Origin: Patescibacteria group bacterium
GTDB lineage: Bacteria > Patescibacteriota > CPR2 > UBA1875
Direction of reading: 5' to 3'
DNA: 64,000 nt
Assembly: GCA_041737595.1 (NCBI GenBank)
Contig: JBGSRK010000010.1
Span: 64,001 to 128,000 of the forward strand
Each line of letters opens with the position of its first letter. Positions within the stretch are counted from its first letter, which is position 1. Position numbers and translations under genes: made by a program. Below, one piece after another: positions 46,658 to 55,249 of this stretch. The notes below the pieces were generated by a model. It searched no databases, had not been told where the DNA came from, and saw only the letters and a program-made list of their open reading frames with translations.

Positions 46658-47932
46658 ATGAAGAATATAACTGACAAAACGGAGTTGAAGTACTGTCTTT
46701 ACGCTCGAAAATCATCTGAATCTGACGAAAGACAGGCGATGTCAATTGATTCTCAAATCAAAGAAATGTCCGATTTGGCTAATAAAGAAGGCATTAAGAT
46801 TGTTAAGGTGGTCCAGGAGAGCTATTCTGCCAAACAATCAGGCCAAAGGCCAGTGTTCATGCAGTTGCTCTCTGATATTAGGTCGGGAGTTGTTAATGGG
46901 TTACTCACCTGGGCACCAGATAGGCTTTCGAGAAACGCTGGAGACTTGGGGTCACTCGTAGATTTAATGGATGATAAAAAACTAGTCCAGATTCGAACCT
47001 ATTCCCAAAGTTTTACCAATACGCCGAGTGAAAAGTTTATGCTGATGATCCTATGTTCTCAGGCCAAGCTGGAGAATGATAATAAGGGCGAAAATGTCAA
47101 AAGAGGCATCCGAGCCAAATGTGAAATGGGTTGGCGACCATGTATGCCGCCGATTGGTTATTACAACCGGGCTATGGCTGGTATCAAAGACGTGGTAGTT
47201 GATCCCGATCGGGGTCCATTTATATCCGAGATGTTCGAACATGCGGCTAAAGGTGAAAGCGGTCGCACGATTAAGGTCTGGCTAGACGGAATTGGAGCAA
47301 CTAGCCGAAAGGGCAAACCAATAACCTTGAGCTTGGTATATCTAATGCTCAAAAATCCGTTCTATTATGGAACTTTCGAGTATCCCATCGGTAGTGGCGC
47401 TTGGTACAAAGGTTCACATGAACCTTTGATAACCAAAGAATTGTTTGATAAGGCACAAAAACAACTAAATTGTACCCAAAAAGCCAAATGGGGATCAAAA
47501 GAATTCCCGTTTCGAAGATTCCTAACCTGTTACTCTTGCGGTTCCACTATAGTTGGTGAAGAAAAGTTCAAAACTCTCAAAAATGGCAAAAAGAACCGAC
47601 ATATTTATTATCACTGCTCACGACAGGTTGATAACAATTGCAAAGAAATGTATCTATCAGAAACACAGCTAGTTGAAGCACTGCTGCTCATCTCTGACAA
47701 GCTTACAATCGATAAAGTTTCTGTGGAGCCAGGGCTAACCAAAGCTATTCAAAAGTTTCGCTCGATGCTAGAAACCGTGAATCCCAAAAAGAAATATACC
47801 AAAAATGAAATTATCAGAACCTATACAAAATACGTATTAGAAAAAGGGACAGATTTCGAGAAAACCCAGTTGGCCAGAAACCTTAACATCAAACTGGCTG
47901 TTCACAATCGAGAAATAGTAGTTACAGGATAA
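46658..47932 (+). CDS. Large serine recombinase (resolvase + recombinase + zinc ribbon)
   Basis: YARKSS, SAK..RP, DRLSRN, NPFYYG, HEPLI, CYSC and YYHC. Confidence 0.94.
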   Translation: MKNITDKTELKYCLYARKSSESDERQAMSIDSQIKEMSDLANKEGIKIVKVVQESYSAKQSGQRPVFMQLLSDIRSGVVNGLLTWAPDRLSRNAGDLGSLVDLMDDKKLVQIRTYSQSFTNTPSEKFMLMILCSQAKLENDNKGENVKRGIRAKCEMGWRPCMPPIGYYNRAMAGIKDVVVDPDRGPFISEMFEHAAKGESGRTIKVWLDGIGATSRKGKPITLSLVYLMLKNPFYYGTFEYPIGSGAWYKGSHEPLITKELFDKAQKQLNCTQKAKWGSKEFPFRRFLTCYSCGSTIVGEEKFKTLKNGKKNRHIYYHCSRQVDNNCKEMYLSETQLVEALLLISDKLTIDKVSVEPGLTKAIQKFRSMLETVNPKKKYTKNEIIRTYTKYVLEKGTDFEKTQLARNLNIKLAVHNREIVVTG

Positions 47933-47937
47933 AGCAT

Positions 47938-48729
47938 CTATTTTTTGCCAAGTGCGTTTAAGAGTTTTGAAACTCCTTCTTCGGATTTCTCAGCGTTATG
48001 AGAATGGTTTAAACAGAGCTGGGTGGCTATCCTCGATAGATCCCCCGTTGGAATTAGGGCAAAAATAGTTGGGACATCCTTTTCGTGATAAAGCCCAATC
48101 CACTGCCTGACGTCTGAATCAAATTCAAAAACTATACATTCGTCGAGCGTATCATGCGCGGTAACCTCATCTTCATACTTGGTTAGTTCGAAAGTGTCTA
48201 TAATATTAGCCAATCTAACATTCAACATTTCACAAAATATTTCGGCTACGTCCAGCGCATCTTCAGCATCACTCTTTGTAACTTTTACGTAATCATGCTC
48301 AACTTTATTTCTTATTTTGTTATATTTTGATAATATCTTGGGAGCAACAAACCCTATATCTTTCAGAATTTCAAGCTTGAGGCTGAACCCCTTTTTGTCT
48401 GGATATTTCTGCTCATCAGCCTTATCTATATTAAGACTGAAGGTTTTAAAAACCAAATCGACAGAACAATGGATTGCCCTTTTTGAATTTGAAACCGAAT
48501 TAACAAGGCCTCGCAGAGTTGCTTCTGCTAAATCCTTTTTTGCAAATTTAATGTACACTTCCGGAGAACAATCGAAAGAATACGGCTCAACGTAACTGCC
48601 ACCATCGCAAATGGCAGTGACAGTAGGCCAGCTCTTAATATCCGCCGTCTTGAACAACTCTAAAATATCAACTTCTTTAAAGCGATCTGGATTTTCTCTT
48701 TGCACAGACTTAATAATTTCTAAATTCAT
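47938..48729 (-). CDS. HEPN-like protein
   Basis: RNKVEH (Rx4H) in a helical domain. Confidence 0.55.
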   Translation of the reverse strand: MNLEIIKSVQRENPDRFKEVDILELFKTADIKSWPTVTAICDGGSYVEPYSFDCSPEVYIKFAKKDLAEATLRGLVNSVSNSKRAIHCSVDLVFKTFSLNIDKADEQKYPDKKGFSLKLEILKDIGFVAPKILSKYNKIRNKVEHDYVKVTKSDAEDALDVAEIFCEMLNVRLANIIDTFELTKYEDEVTAHDTLDECIVFEFDSDVRQWIGLYHEKDVPTIFALIPTGDLSRIATQLCLNHSHNAEKSEEGVSKLLNALGKK

Positions 48730-48889
48730 CTTTTCCTAACAAAATTAGCAAACCGATTTGGCTTGCTAATTTCTTAGTAGTTCAAACCAGCTACTCTGGT
48801 TTTATTTCAATGCCCTAGATACACTACGGACACCTTTGGTGCTCAACTTGGCTCCCGGGGTCGGATTCGAACCGACGACCAATTGATTA

Positions 48890-49390
48890 CACTTATCCTA
48901 CTATTACTAATAGGCGTGGACTATCTCATCACCATACCTTTCGGGTTAGGTGTTGGGCGCTAAATGGTGTACTCACCTAGTCTCTGAACCTTTCCGATAT
49001 GCCGGACTTGGCTGCGGATTATCCCTTTTAGGACTTCCCGCAATTCACCCAATTTTCATTCATTCATTTCTGAATGAAGCTGCGAATGGATTTCTCTGTG
49101 GCAATTTGCACAAACTAGTATGCACTTTTCAATTTCTTTTTTCACCTTTTCCCAAGATCTTGTATTACCTGTTTCAGAAATACCAAAATTTTTATCTTGT
49201 TTATGGTGAAACTCAAGTGCTTCAATACATTTTTTATAACCACATATACTACAACAACCGCCCATATAATCAACTGCTTTCTTTCTAACCATTCTTCGGT
49301 GTTTTGAAACTGCTTTGATTATATATTCTCGACGATCTGAGTAAGTTCTTTTTTCGCTCATGTATTAATTATAACATAAGCGTTGTGATC
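48890..49390 (-). ncRNA. Group I intron at anticodon position 35/36
   Basis: Exon ends in U and intron ends in G; core elements GAATTGCGGGAA, AATCCGCAGC, GTTCAGAGACTAG and GAGATAGTCC. Confidence 0.92.
49056..49361 (-). CDS. Intron-encoded HNH endonuclease
   Basis: CSICGY...LEFHH...CILVCANCHREIH. Confidence 0.9.
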   Translation of the reverse strand: MSEKRTYSDRREYIIKAVSKHRRMVRKKAVDYMGGCCSICGYKKCIEALEFHHKQDKNFGISETGNTRSWEKVKKEIEKCILVCANCHREIHSQLHSEMNE

Positions 49391-49414
49391 ACAGTCAACT
49401 GCTCTACCGCTGAG

Positions 49415-49666
49415 CTACCCGGGATTATTTAATTGTGTTTTGAGGAATTCTCTTCCTCGGTACGACTTGAGTTGTTTTTCTCGAGCCATTGCAGCCGATC
49501 TACTTGCCGATTCTTCATTGTAGAATAGCTCCCATTGCCCGACAATTTTACCCGTATAATGGATGTTTTTATTATTATGTTCTAGAATTATTCTAGCTAA
49601 ATTATTAGTTTGACCAATATATATCTTATCTGATAATTTATTGTATAAAGCATAAACATAATACAT
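49415..49666 (-). CDS. GIY-YIG nuclease family protein
   Basis: YYVYAL...YIGQTNN...EHN...AMAREKQLK; stop codon lies within the tRNA 5' end. Confidence 0.9.
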   Translation of the reverse strand: MYYVYALYNKLSDKIYIGQTNNLARIILEHNNKNIHYTGKIVGQWELFYNEESASRSAAMAREKQLKSYRGREFLKTQLNNPG

Positions 49667-49673
49667 ATTTTAA

Positions 49674-49727
49674 TTGTATCACAGTAACTGTCCGCCGACT
49701 GGCGGACTACCCGGGATTATTTAATTG
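49674..49727 (-). pseudogene. Degenerate duplicate of the tRNA-Asn 5' exon and flanks
   Basis: Direct repeat of 49383-49435 with the D-arm replaced by TCCGCC-GACT-GGCGGA. Confidence 0.8.
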
Positions 49728-49747
49728 GATTCTTAAGATACCGGAAA

Positions 49748-49776
49748 ATTATAACAAAAAATTGTCATATTTTCAA
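49748..49776 (-). promoter_or_regulatory. Sigma70-type promoter for the GIY-YIG/tRNA-Asn unit
   Basis: TTGAAA-17bp-TATAAT. Confidence 0.65.
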
Positions 49777-49810
49777 GAATCGATTTATAATATTAAAAAA
49801 GGAGTATTAA

Positions 49811-50614
49811 ATGAAATTAATAAAGGGTCTTGTAATATTTTTCGGTATAATCGTGGTGATAATACTTTTAGTATTGGGTTATCTAGGTTACATTAAACCA
49901 ATTGCAAATGTTTTGGGTACGAATAAGCCAGTCGATTTAGGTATAAAATATACAGATTCTGATCTTGGAAGTGTAAAGCAAAAGTTTGGAGTTGAATTAG
50001 TAGAAATTGAATCAAGCGATCCAAATAATTCAATTAGATATGAAGGCGAACAAAAAGTAGAAAAATCTTTCACAGATGAAGAAATCACCGCCATGGTAAA
50101 TTCTAAAAAATGGATTTATACACCAGTAACAAATGTTCAAATAAAAATTGGGGAAGACGGTACAATTGAATCATCTGGAACATTAATGGTAAGCAGGCTC
50201 GCAAATTACTTTAGCGCTGTTTCTGGAGCCACTGTCAGCACAGATGAAGTAAATAAAGCAGTCGGTATATTACCGAAAGAAGTTCCTTATTATATTTCAG
50301 GAACAGCAAGTGTTTCTAATGGGGATGTATCGATAGACGTAAACTCATTCTCAATCGGAAAAAAGGTTTCTTTTATAAATTTTATGTCTACTGCTTATGC
50401 AAATTCTGTTAATGCCAGTGTTTCTTCGTTTAAGGTTGGTCAATTTGCAATATCTCAATCAATAATTTCTAGCTATAAAGATCAAATAAATAGTTTTTTA
50501 ACCACTAGATTAAATAAAATATCAGGACTTAAGGCAAATTTGGTTACCTTTGAAAAGGGTGAAATGAATTTTTCTGGCACTATGCCAACCAAAAAATATA
50601 GAGTAGTTAAATAA
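49811..50614 (+). CDS. Membrane-anchored hypothetical protein
   Basis: AAGGAG RBS; N-terminal TM. Confidence 0.75.
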   Translation: MKLIKGLVIFFGIIVVIILLVLGYLGYIKPIANVLGTNKPVDLGIKYTDSDLGSVKQKFGVELVEIESSDPNNSIRYEGEQKVEKSFTDEEITAMVNSKKWIYTPVTNVQIKIGEDGTIESSGTLMVSRLANYFSAVSGATVSTDEVNKAVGILPKEVPYYISGTASVSNGDVSIDVNSFSIGKKVSFINFMSTAYANSVNASVSSFKVGQFAISQSIISSYKDQINSFLTTRLNKISGLKANLVTFEKGEMNFSGTMPTKKYRVVK

Positions 50615-50630
50615 TTGCTAATTAATAATA

Positions 50631-52352
50631 TTAGTGTGGGTATTTATCTGGAGAGTCATATTTAGAAACAAACTTACTTGTTGTTTTAAGCTTACCGCTC
50701 TCATCATATATAAATCTCCAAATTACTGCTGTAAAAGAACCATTCCCACGTACGCCAATGTCATAAATTAAAGGGGATACTTTTTCAACAATCGGAACTG
50801 CTCCAGCTCCTCCTTCATTCCCAGAAAAGGATAAAGTTCTCTTTAATTTTGTACCATAGAAATCAAATGAAAGTTTATTACCATCAATTCTTGTTTGAAT
50901 TAAAATATATTTTTCGGTATCATTTTTAAATATTAAATCTGGTTTAGGGATATAAACAGTCGCGTCAACTCCATATGGTTTGTAATAACTCACAGGATAA
51001 GAATGAGCTCTGCGAGAAACAATAGGGAGCCCTGCGTTTAATGCTGCCCTAAACGCAGTAGAAGATACCTGACACATTCCGCCACCATATTCTGGAATAG
51101 TTTTATTATCCTTTATAACAAGTTCTGGTAAATAACCAGTAGAGGCATCAACTGGGCCAAGGGTAGTAATAAATGAAAATGTCTCCCCAGGTCGAATTAA
51201 AACTCCATTAAATTTAGATGCTCCAACTTTTATATTATGTCTTCTATTTACTGGAGAACCAGCAAAATTTGAATATCCAGTTGATACAAGCTCTGAAAGA
51301 CCGAGCTCCTCTAAATTATCTACTCTAATTTCTGCCTTAAGTGGTTCGAGAGTAAGATTAGTTTCTTTTTCATTAGAGTTAATTGCTGAAGAAATTATTT
51401 CAGAAGATTTTTCTATATTTACTTTTTGACCATCTATATCTTTAGAAGATATAGTTACCTTTCCATCTAATGTTCCTAATTTAGCATTAATAGGATTAAA
51501 ATTAATCTCTCCTGCTAGGTCAGATAAATACAAACTTATTTTCCTTTCAGAAAATATTGAACCTTCTAAATTTTCTCCAGGAAAAAGAAATTTATCTCCT
51601 TCATATATCATTGCCTTTGATATACCTTCACCAGAAAGATCTACAAAAGAAAGTTTTTCTTTGTCATTAATTATATAACTATTATTTTTTGTGTTAATAA
51701 CTAAATTATTTTTTGTTTTTTCTAAGATCTCCTTTTTTTGATTATTATCAATACCTCCCAAAACAGCTTCTCCAGTATTAAAGATCGCAATATTATAATC
51801 TGTTTCAAGTTCTGATGCAGACTGTTTGAAATTATGAACAGTTTCTGAAAAATTTACTCTTACTCCAGCATCACCTGATTTAACCTTTAGTTCATCTCCT
51901 TCAAAAAATATTTCAGGGCTTTTTGTTGTAGTTCTTAATATCTCGTTCTGATTATTTATTAAATTATATATTAAATCGTTACTATATTTTAAAGTAAGGG
52001 GAAAATCTTTTTTAAAACCTAACATAAAGGGATTTTTGGAGCTTTTTGAAATTGCATTAGATATGCTTTTATTAATATCAAAGCTTATACCAATGTCTTT
52101 AAGATAAATATCCTCAGGTTTTTGAGATACAATTTTAACTTTTTTTGAATTATATAAATCAATTCTTTCAGTTAAAATTTTCTCTGCTTCTTCTTGGGTT
52201 TTACCTGAAATATTTATACCTGCAATAAATATATTTGGATAAACTTTATTTTTATATATAAACCAGAATCCGAGTGTAATCATAAAATAGAAAGATATTA
52301 TCCCAATAGATCCTAAGATAATATAAAAAATATATTTGTTTTGAAACTTCAT
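50631..52352 (-). CDS. VanW family protein with PG-binding repeats
   Basis: NRRHNI, GETFSF, GGGMCQVSST and GVDATVY. Confidence 0.92.
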   Translation of the reverse strand: MKFQNKYIFYIILGSIGIISFYFMITLGFWFIYKNKVYPNIFIAGINISGKTQEEAEKILTERIDLYNSKKVKIVSQKPEDIYLKDIGISFDINKSISNAISKSSKNPFMLGFKKDFPLTLKYSNDLIYNLINNQNEILRTTTKSPEIFFEGDELKVKSGDAGVRVNFSETVHNFKQSASELETDYNIAIFNTGEAVLGGIDNNQKKEILEKTKNNLVINTKNNSYIINDKEKLSFVDLSGEGISKAMIYEGDKFLFPGENLEGSIFSERKISLYLSDLAGEINFNPINAKLGTLDGKVTISSKDIDGQKVNIEKSSEIISSAINSNEKETNLTLEPLKAEIRVDNLEELGLSELVSTGYSNFAGSPVNRRHNIKVGASKFNGVLIRPGETFSFITTLGPVDASTGYLPELVIKDNKTIPEYGGGMCQVSSTAFRAALNAGLPIVSRRAHSYPVSYYKPYGVDATVYIPKPDLIFKNDTEKYILIQTRIDGNKLSFDFYGTKLKRTLSFSGNEGGAGAVPIVEKVSPLIYDIGVRGNGSFTAVIWRFIYDESGKLKTTSKFVSKYDSPDKYPH

Positions 52353-52450
52353 ACTCCTAATTTAACTTAAAAATTACTCCTTTTAAAGATAGTAAATAAT
52401 TTGTTAAATAATTATTTTATCTAAACTACCAATATTCCTATTAATTTTTT

Positions 52451-52485
52451 TAATCAAAATGTGCGATCGGAAATTTCGATTACAA
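52451..52485. repeat. 35-bp direct repeat, left copy
   Basis: 33/35 identical to 53139-53173. Confidence 0.88.
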
Positions 52486-52593
52486 TATAAAAACATAAAT
52501 ATAATTGACATGGATAAAAAATAAGATTTATAATAATTGTTAATATTCTTATGATTAAAAAATGCTAATTCAAAACCCATTACCGCACGTTCA

Positions 52594-53091
52594 TTGCTTT
52601 TTGAATTAGCATTTTCTGGAAGATCAATTAGACTAGAAAGAATAATAAATAATTTTCAAGGGAACAAACATCGCATTCAAATTTGTTTAAATTATTTAAT
52701 AAACAAAGGGTATGTCGACTTAAAAAATACGGGTGATTCTAGGATTTTTTTAATAAACCAAAAAGGCAGACAAAGAATATTAAAATATAACATTAAAGAT
52801 TTAAAAATAAAGAAAACCAAAGAGTGGGATAATAAATGGAGGTTAATAATTTTTGATATTCCAGAAAAAGAAAAATCTAAAAGGAATATGCTTACAAGAA
52901 AATTAAAAAACATGGGGTTTATTTGTTTACAAAAAAGTGTTTTTGTCCATCCTTACAGATGTTTTAAAGAAGTAAATTTTTTAAGAAACGTTTATGGAAT
53001 TACTAAATATGTAAAAATATTTACACTAGAAAACACAGATGATGCAAAATCATTTTTGTGTAAATATTACAAAATAAATCATGAGAATTAA
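52594..53091 (+). CDS. PaaX-like wHTH + Cas2-like ferredoxin-fold protein
   Basis: WDNKWRLIIFDIPE...R..L...GF..LQKSVF; TTGACA-18bp-TATAAT upstream. Confidence 0.85.
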   Translation: MLFELAFSGRSIRLERIINNFQGNKHRIQICLNYLINKGYVDLKNTGDSRIFLINQKGRQRILKYNIKDLKIKKTKEWDNKWRLIIFDIPEKEKSKRNMLTRKLKNMGFICLQKSVFVHPYRCFKEVNFLRNVYGITKYVKIFTLENTDDAKSFLCKYYKINHEN

Positions 53092-53138
53092 ATTATTTAT
53101 AATTATAAAAATAACTATAAATTAAATAAATAAACTTG

Positions 53139-53173
53139 TAATCATAATGTGCGATCGGTAATTTCGATTACAA
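53139..53173. repeat. 35-bp direct repeat, right copy
   Basis: TAATCATAATGTGCGATCGGTAATTTCGATTACAA. Confidence 0.88.
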
Positions 53174-53216
53174 GTTTTTTTATAAAAGATTAATGGTTTA
53201 TTTAATATTTATAATA

Positions 53217-54251
53217 TTATTTATTTTTTCTTGTTTTAAATTGGTGGACTATTATAAGAATCATTCCACCTATTAAAACTAACGCAAAACAACCAGCAAA
53301 AACAAAATATCCATAACGAGGGCGGATCATGGCAGAATAAACCGCCATTCCTCCAAAAAATATAGAAAGAATATATAAAAATATTACAGTTTGAATTGAT
53401 GAAAAACCTAAGTCTAACAAACGATGATGAATGTGTTTTCTATCACCCTCATAAATAGGTTTTCTTGTTATTAACCTTCTTGCAATCGCAAATAGCGTAT
53501 CAAATATTGGTATGGCTAGTATTAATATTGGTACAGCAAGAGAAAAAGCTGCTGCAAGTTTAACTGATCCCATAATAGAAAGCGCAGCAAGTGAAAAGCC
53601 TAAAAACATTGAACCCGTATCTCCCATAAATATTCTCGAACGGAAATTATGTGGGAGAAAACCAAGAGCAGAAAACCCAATAATTAGGGCAAGTACCGCA
53701 ACAGTAAGTTGACCGTTCAAAAATGCCACAACTGCAATCGTAAAAGCAGATATTGTAGATACACCCGCTGCAAGCCCATCCAAACCATCAATCAGATTTA
53801 TTGCATTTGTGATACCGATAAGCCAAAAAAATGTTAATGGGAGGGACAATAAATTCATGCTTTGTGGTAAATGCCCTTGGAAAATTGACGCGATATCTAT
53901 TTGCACTCCAAATGAAATTATAATAATTGCTGCAAGTGATTGAAAAATTAGTTTTGGGATAGCAGAAAGTCCTAAAATATCATCAAAAATCCCAAGAATC
54001 ACAATTATTGTAGTTGCAATAGCAAAACCTGTTATTTCGGGTGAGGTTCTGTTTAAAAACAAAAAAGCAGCAATAAAACCTAAAAATATTGCTGCTCCGC
54101 CCCCAGACACAGTTGGAGTGGTATGCACTTTTCTAAAATTTGGGATATCTATTGCCCCAATTTTACCAGAAAACTTTTTTATAAATGGGGTCACAAAATA
54201 AGAAACCCCGAAGGCAATTGCTGAAAGTATTAATATTTTTTCAGTACTCAT
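53217..54251 (-). CDS. WecA/TagO-type undecaprenyl-P GlcNAc-1-P transferase
   Basis: RKVH, GIFDD, NLIDGLDGL, FMGDTGS and HIHHRL. Confidence 0.93.
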   Translation of the reverse strand: MSTEKILILSAIAFGVSYFVTPFIKKFSGKIGAIDIPNFRKVHTTPTVSGGGAAIFLGFIAAFLFLNRTSPEITGFAIATTIIVILGIFDDILGLSAIPKLIFQSLAAIIIISFGVQIDIASIFQGHLPQSMNLLSLPLTFFWLIGITNAINLIDGLDGLAAGVSTISAFTIAVVAFLNGQLTVAVLALIIGFSALGFLPHNFRSRIFMGDTGSMFLGFSLAALSIMGSVKLAAAFSLAVPILILAIPIFDTLFAIARRLITRKPIYEGDRKHIHHRLLDLGFSSIQTVIFLYILSIFFGGMAVYSAMIRPRYGYFVFAGCFALVLIGGMILIIVHQFKTRKNK

Positions 54252-54338
54252 ATAACCACTTGATTATAACAACTATTATTAATTTTTTGAAGCAAGTTGC
54301 TTATAGTCTAATCATTAAACCTTCTATATAATATTAGT

Positions 54339-54815
54339 GTGAAAAAAATATTATTCGTTACAGGGTCAGGGGGACACAGTACAGAATCATTAATACTGTT
54401 TGAACAAATAAAAGATAAGTTTGAATTTGAATTTTTATTAGAAAACGACGATCCTTTTACAAAAAAACAAATTAAAGAACTAAAAATTTACGAAGCAATT
54501 ACTATTAGAGGTAAGAAAGAAAACTTTCTGTTTACTATATTTAGGGGAATAAAATGTTCTATAGAATCTTTTTTTGTATTTATAAAATCTAAACCAGATA
54601 TAATCCTAAGCGCTGGACCAGGTATTGCTATCCCAATATCATACTTAGGCAAGTTGTTTGGGAAAAAAATAATATTTATAGAAAGTTGGTCAAGAGTTAA
54701 CACTAAATCAATTGCTGGCAAATTTATCTACCCAATATCTAATCAATTTTATGTTCAATGGCCAGAAATGACTAAGATATACAAAAAAGGAATTTATAAG
54801 GGGAGGTTGGGATGA
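54339..54815 (+). CDS. Alg14/PssD/CpsF-like glycosyltransferase subunit
   Basis: SGGH, IFIESWSR and VQW. Confidence 0.88.
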   Translation: MKKILFVTGSGGHSTESLILFEQIKDKFEFEFLLENDDPFTKKQIKELKIYEAITIRGKKENFLFTIFRGIKCSIESFFVFIKSKPDIILSAGPGIAIPISYLGKLFGKKIIFIESWSRVNTKSIAGKFIYPISNQFYVQWPEMTKIYKKGIYKGRLG

Positions 54816-55249
54816 TTTTTGTAACCGTTGGGACAACTTCTTTTAATACCTTAATAAAAGCCATTGATGAAACAAAAATCAATGATAAGGTAATTATCCA
54901 AAAATCAGATGGGTCATATCTCCCCAAAAATTATGAATTTTTTGAATATACTAATGAAATAAAAAAATATTATAGCGAGGCAGAAATAATTATCACTCAT
55001 GGGGGAGCAGGTTCAATCTTTAAATTAGTTGGTATGGGGAAAAAAGTAATTGGTGTTGCAAATGAAGAAAGAACCGACAAGCACCAATCTGATATTTTAA
55101 AAAAAATGGCTGATGAGAATTATTTGATTTGGTGTAAAGATTTAACCAAAATAAATGAAGCTATTACCAAAGCAAAGAAAACAAATTTTAAAAAATACAC
55201 TCCGCCTGAGTGCAATATAGCTGAATATATAACAGAATTTTTAAACTAA
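54812..55249 (+). CDS. Alg13/PssE/CpsG-like glycosyltransferase subunit
   Basis: MIFVTVGT, THGGAGS and HQ. Confidence 0.88.
   Translation: MIFVTVGTTSFNTLIKAIDETKINDKVIIQKSDGSYLPKNYEFFEYTNEIKKYYSEAEIIITHGGAGSIFKLVGMGKKVIGVANEERTDKHQSDILKKMADENYLIWCKDLTKINEAITKAKKTNFKKYTPPECNIAEYITEFLN

Larger units (their letters stand above)
42595..48854. mobile_element. Putative serine-recombinase island integrated at the tRNA-Asn 3' end
   Basis: Recombinase gene; visibly higher GC; short TGGCTC match plus terminator at 42595; boundary uncertain. Confidence 0.55.
48849..49424 (-). tRNA. tRNA-Asn(GTT), split: 5' exon 49391-49424, 3' exon 48849-48889
   Basis: Joined exons give a 75-nt cloverleaf, GTTGA-CTGT^TAA-TCAAT, G73, CCA. 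Confidence 0.93.

Noticed and set aside
48950-49288. Plus-strand 112-aa ORF
   Set aside because: Antisense shadow of the intron core and the HNH gene.
52451-53173. CRISPR-Cas locus (Cas2-like gene plus 35-bp repeats)
   Set aside because: Only two repeats, about 650 bp apart and enclosing a gene; no spacers and no cas1 or effector genes.
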